From Takakia lepidozioides (taxonomy: Eukaryota; Plantae; Bryophyta): a stretch of DNA of 64,000 nt. Location: positions 67,766,001-67,830,000 of the forward strand of contig CM060732.1 of the NCBI GenBank assembly GCA_030704615.1, given 5' to 3'. The notes under the pieces are model-generated. The model had not been told where the DNA came from and searched no databases. It saw nothing but the letters and a program-made list of their open reading frames with translations. Position numbers and translations under genes: made by a program. Below are positions 62,780-64,000 of this stretch, piece after piece. The first letter of the stretch is position 1; each line of letters begins with the position of its first letter.

Positions 62780-64000
62780 TGTGCTGTGTAGTTTTTGGGG
62801 TGAATCCCAGGATGGACGATGTGTCCTTTAAAACTACCTGCTCCAGCTTAGGCTTGGATTATGTGGCTAATGGCACCATCTCAAGATTGGATAACAGAGG
62901 TACTTTGAAGGTTTCATTGCCTAAATCTGCTACAAATAGAATCCCACATCAAATCAGCTTCAAAGAAATTCGCCACTTGACTGGTTGGAGGGCGGTCTTA
63001 GGCATTGGTGATTCAATGAGGCGCTCTAGGAAGACAGTCAAATGTGGGGACTCCAACTTGAAAGTTTCTAACCGGTTTGAAGCCCTGGAAGAGATTGATA
63101 CCAAGCAGCCAGACAGGTTAGTTGGCCCTATGTGCTGAGGCTGAGCGTCAGGAACCTGAAGGATTTGGCACTCTGAATGGATTGCCAATCCTTAAGGTTT
63201 ACTCTAGAAGAATTAAATCTTCACCTGAAGGATTTGGCACTCTGAATGGTTTGCCAATCCTTAAGGTTTACTCTAGAAGAATTAAATCTTCGCCACTGAT
63301 CCCCCTTTGGAGAGCGGTTGGTCGTTCAGGAGCAATCATAGGCTCCCTAGACGGCAAACAATCCATATGCAAAAGGCTAGCTTGCGGCTGGGCACTTTCA
63401 ACTTCTCGGGGTTGACTAACCAAAGGAAACAATTAGTCGAAAGTGCAGTGGACTCTTGGGAGAGTTTCGTCTCTTCTGTGGCTGAAAAGATCATTGGGAG
63501 GAAACTAATTGTCTGCGGTAGAGCTGTTAATTGGTGGACCAATGAGATCAAACTCAAGATTGCCGAGAGACGAGCCCTCTATAAAGAGTGCTGCAGAATG
63601 AAAGTCAATAATGACCTTTGGGTTAAGTACTACCAGCTCGCAAAGATATCAATCAGCTTGTAAGGTCTCAGAAGAAACTATATTGGGATAAGTTATACGG
63701 GCAAATAAACTCAAACCACCATGGTGGTAATGACAAGAAATTCTGGTTGGCCCTTCAACGTCTGTACAAGCCGAAAAATTGTCAGCAAGTACAAGCGCTG
63801 AGGACCCCTAAGGGTGCAGTGGTGACTTCAACGGCTGACATTGTCAACACCTTTGAAACCCACTACAGTACACTTGGCAGAAATTCTAGTTCTAGCAGCG
63901 AGGGGTTTTCTGAAGAATGGAATGACACAGTAGAAAGATCTGTGTGTATGATTCAAGACAGCCCTGATGAACTGGAGTATATTTCAAAGGGTTATAACGC
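62780..64000 (+). mobile_element. Degenerate non-LTR retrotransposon (LINE) fragment
   Basis: VSNRFEAL (ORF1-like); LRLGTFNFSGL (APE endonuclease start) fused to the EN-RT linker (IIGRK...NWWTNEIK...RRALYK, KFW); continues off the window. Confidence 0.55.
63154..63291 (+). repeat. 69-bp tandem duplication
   Basis: Two near-identical units starting at 63154 and 63223. Confidence 0.9.

Overview
Eukaryotic, TE-dense window, most likely from a land plant with organellar C-to-U editing (PLS-DYW PPR gene, LEA_3 gene, tRNA-iMet-primed Ty3/gypsy elements). A non-seed lineage is an inference. Bases 1-47 kb are nested transposons. A non-chromovirus Ty3/gypsy family ('A') has two copies: 1-19851 on + and 36577-44320 on -. 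A second gypsy family ('B') sits in the gag region of both A copies, as a full element (1072-12092) and a solo LTR (39738-41894), each with a 4-bp TSD. A chromovirus-like gypsy ('C') runs from 19852 into a 500-N gap. After the gap is a Mutator-like element of at least 12.8 kb, and further right the right arm of a CACTA element. Beyond that lie a degenerate tyrosine-recombinase (PAT-like DIRS) retrotransposon, a hAT element containing a MITE, a LEA_3 gene, a PPR-DYW gene and a LINE fragment. Two observations stand out. (1) The Mutator-like element carries, divergent from its transposase, a multi-exon gene fusing a ParB/Srx-like domain to a beta-class N4C/N6A-type DNA methyltransferase fold, plus three arrays of a palindromic GGCGCCGAATTT motif. 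This is a candidate transposon-encoded sequence-specific marking or anti-silencing system. (2) Gypsy B has a permuted, split LTR that reads as a 2-LTR circle opened at a 20-bp palindrome next to the PPT. All calls are from reading the sequence and ORF track; no searches were run.
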